This document shows, one piece after another, positions 44,605-45,545 of a stretch of 45,545 bases of DNA; positions within the stretch are counted from its first letter, which is position 1; every line of letters starts with the position of its first letter. A program made the translations under genes and the position numbers. A model generated the notes under the pieces. The model ran no database searches. It worked only from the letters and a program-made list of their open reading frames with translations, and was not told the origin of the DNA. This DNA is from Pseudomonadota bacterium (GTDB lineage: Bacteria; Pseudomonadota; Alphaproteobacteria; Rhizobiales; Kaistiaceae), in assembly GCA_023391905.1 (NCBI GenBank), contig JAEWAD010000382.1, positions 1-45,545 of the forward strand, read 5' to 3'.

Positions 44605-44611
44605 TGATCGA

Positions 44612-44691
44612 TCCCGATGAACAAAAGCCCGCCGGCCGGGGCGTTCGTCTCTATCGGAATGGAACAGAGGAACGGCCTCAGCCAGCGCGTG
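44612..44691 (-). promoter_or_regulatory. Putative attenuator RNA between the leader ORF and cysS
   Basis: Alternative pairings: AACGGC/GCCGUU; CGUUCCUCU/AGAG..GAACG; UUCCGAU..GAACGCCC/GGGC-UUUU-GUUC-AUCGGGA covering the cysS SD-like GGGA. Confidence 0.55.
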
Positions 44692-44748
44692 CTAGCCGGT
44701 AATAATCCCGCAGCAGTAAATGCCGTTGAAACGCGGAAAAGCCGTCAT
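44692..44748 (-). CDS. Putative leader peptide MTAFPRFNGIYCCGIITG (Cys/Ile-rich)
   Basis: ATG...ATT TAC TGC TGC GGG ATT ATT ACC GGC TAG, ending 87 nt upstream of cysS; too short for the ORF track. Confidence 0.68.
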   Translation of the reverse strand: MTAFPRFNGIYCCGIITG

Positions 44749-44754
44749 GCGAGC

Positions 44755-44783
44755 GTGATGACGGAATTCGGCCGTAGCGTCAA
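44755..44783 (-). promoter_or_regulatory. Candidate sigma70 promoter for a leaderless leader-peptide transcript
   Basis: TTGACG-17 nt-CATCAC-6 nt-ATG; good -35, weak -10, no SD before the ATG. Confidence 0.4.
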
Positions 44784-44955
44784 GGCGGGAAGATGGCGGC
44801 GGCGCGCCGATACGGTGACCAAACCGCTAAGATCGGGACAATTTTAATCAATTCGCAAGAATTCCGAACGATATCTGAACGCAGGTTTCAGGTCGGGTTC
44901 AGCTGTGGGGGCGCAGGATCCCGCCATCGATTTGGGCCTTTTGGAGTACCGCGTC

Positions 44956-45138
44956 ATGGCCACTCGTTCGTTCTTCGCCGTCACCTTCTTTGCCACACTC
45001 GTCGGCATCGGCCTCGCCGAGCTCGTCCAGCGCCCGTCCCATTCGGAAATCCGCGACGCCCGCGCTTCAGCCGTCAGCCTGTGCATGACCAAGGGCATCG
45101 CCTGCGGTGCGACACGTTCGGGCTACGCCGCTTTCTGA
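44956..45138 (+). CDS. Small hypothetical membrane-anchored/secreted protein (60 aa)
   Basis: GGAG RBS, ATG at 44956, N-terminal hydrophobic helix, two Cys near the C-terminus. Confidence 0.6.
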   Translation: MATRSFFAVTFFATLVGIGLAELVQRPSHSEIRDARASAVSLCMTKGIACGATRSGYAAF

Positions 45139-45230
45139 TACCGCTTCGCTCGCGTCGCCTGCTCTGATCGGTTAGGACGGTTCACGGCAGCGGAAGCAGC
45201 CGTCAACTCGAATAATCCGCAGGCAGGGTC

Positions 45231-45545
45231 ATGACCGAAAACAGCACGGTGGGCGCCGATCTCGACGAGAGCGCGCTTTTCTTTCATCGCTTCCCGCAGC
45301 CGGGAAAGCTGGAGATCCGGGCGACCAAGCCGCTCGGCAATCAGCGCGATCTGGCACTCGCCTATTCTCCGGGCGTCGCCGCCCCCTGCCTCGCCATTGA
45401 AGCCGACCCCGCCAAGGCCTTCGACTACACGTCGCGGGGCAATCTGGTCGCCGTCATCTCGAACGGAACCGCCGTGCTCGGCCTCGGTGCCATCGGCGCC
45501 CTCGCCTCGAAGCCGGTGATGGAAGGCAAGGCCGTCCTCTTCAAG
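45231..45545 (+). CDS. maeB: NAD(P)-dependent malic enzyme, N-terminal part (runs off the window)
   Basis: Manual translation: [66 protein letters not shown]. Confidence 0.93.
   Translation, partial: MTENSTVGADLDESALFFHRFPQPGKLEIRATKPLGNQRDLALAYSPGVAAPCLAIEADPAKAFDYTSRGNLVAVISNGTAVLGLGAIGALASKPVMEGKAVLFK

Overview
GC-rich alphaproteobacterial (Hyphomicrobiales/Rhizobiales-like) chromosomal segment, mostly core genes. Left of a tRNA-Pro(GGG) lies an accessory-looking block: NitT/TauT-type ABC transporter, RpiR regulator, Nudix hydrolase. The rest is merR-ihfA-fabH-plsX-yceD-cbp3 / bamE, hppA, MFS, thiL-nusB-ribH-ribE-ribD-nrdR-glyA, L,D-transpeptidase + ldtR, hemB, threonine dehydratase, ate, parC, puuE, pssA-psd, an ATM1-like exporter, a LysM protein, LOG, cimA, cysS and the start of a malic enzyme. 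I saw no integrase, transposase or CRISPR array; two palindromic repeat elements are present. Most interesting is the cysS-(stand-alone CysRS C-terminal domain)-cimA unit. It is preceded by an unannotated 18-aa leader ORF with Ile-Tyr-Cys-Cys-Gly-Ile-Ile and mutually exclusive hairpins, one covering the cysS ribosome-binding site, which suggests a dual Cys/Ile-sensing attenuator. Also notable is a RibD whose deaminase domain lacks both zinc-binding cysteines. All calls come from reading sequence and motifs by eye; no database searches or folding programs were run.
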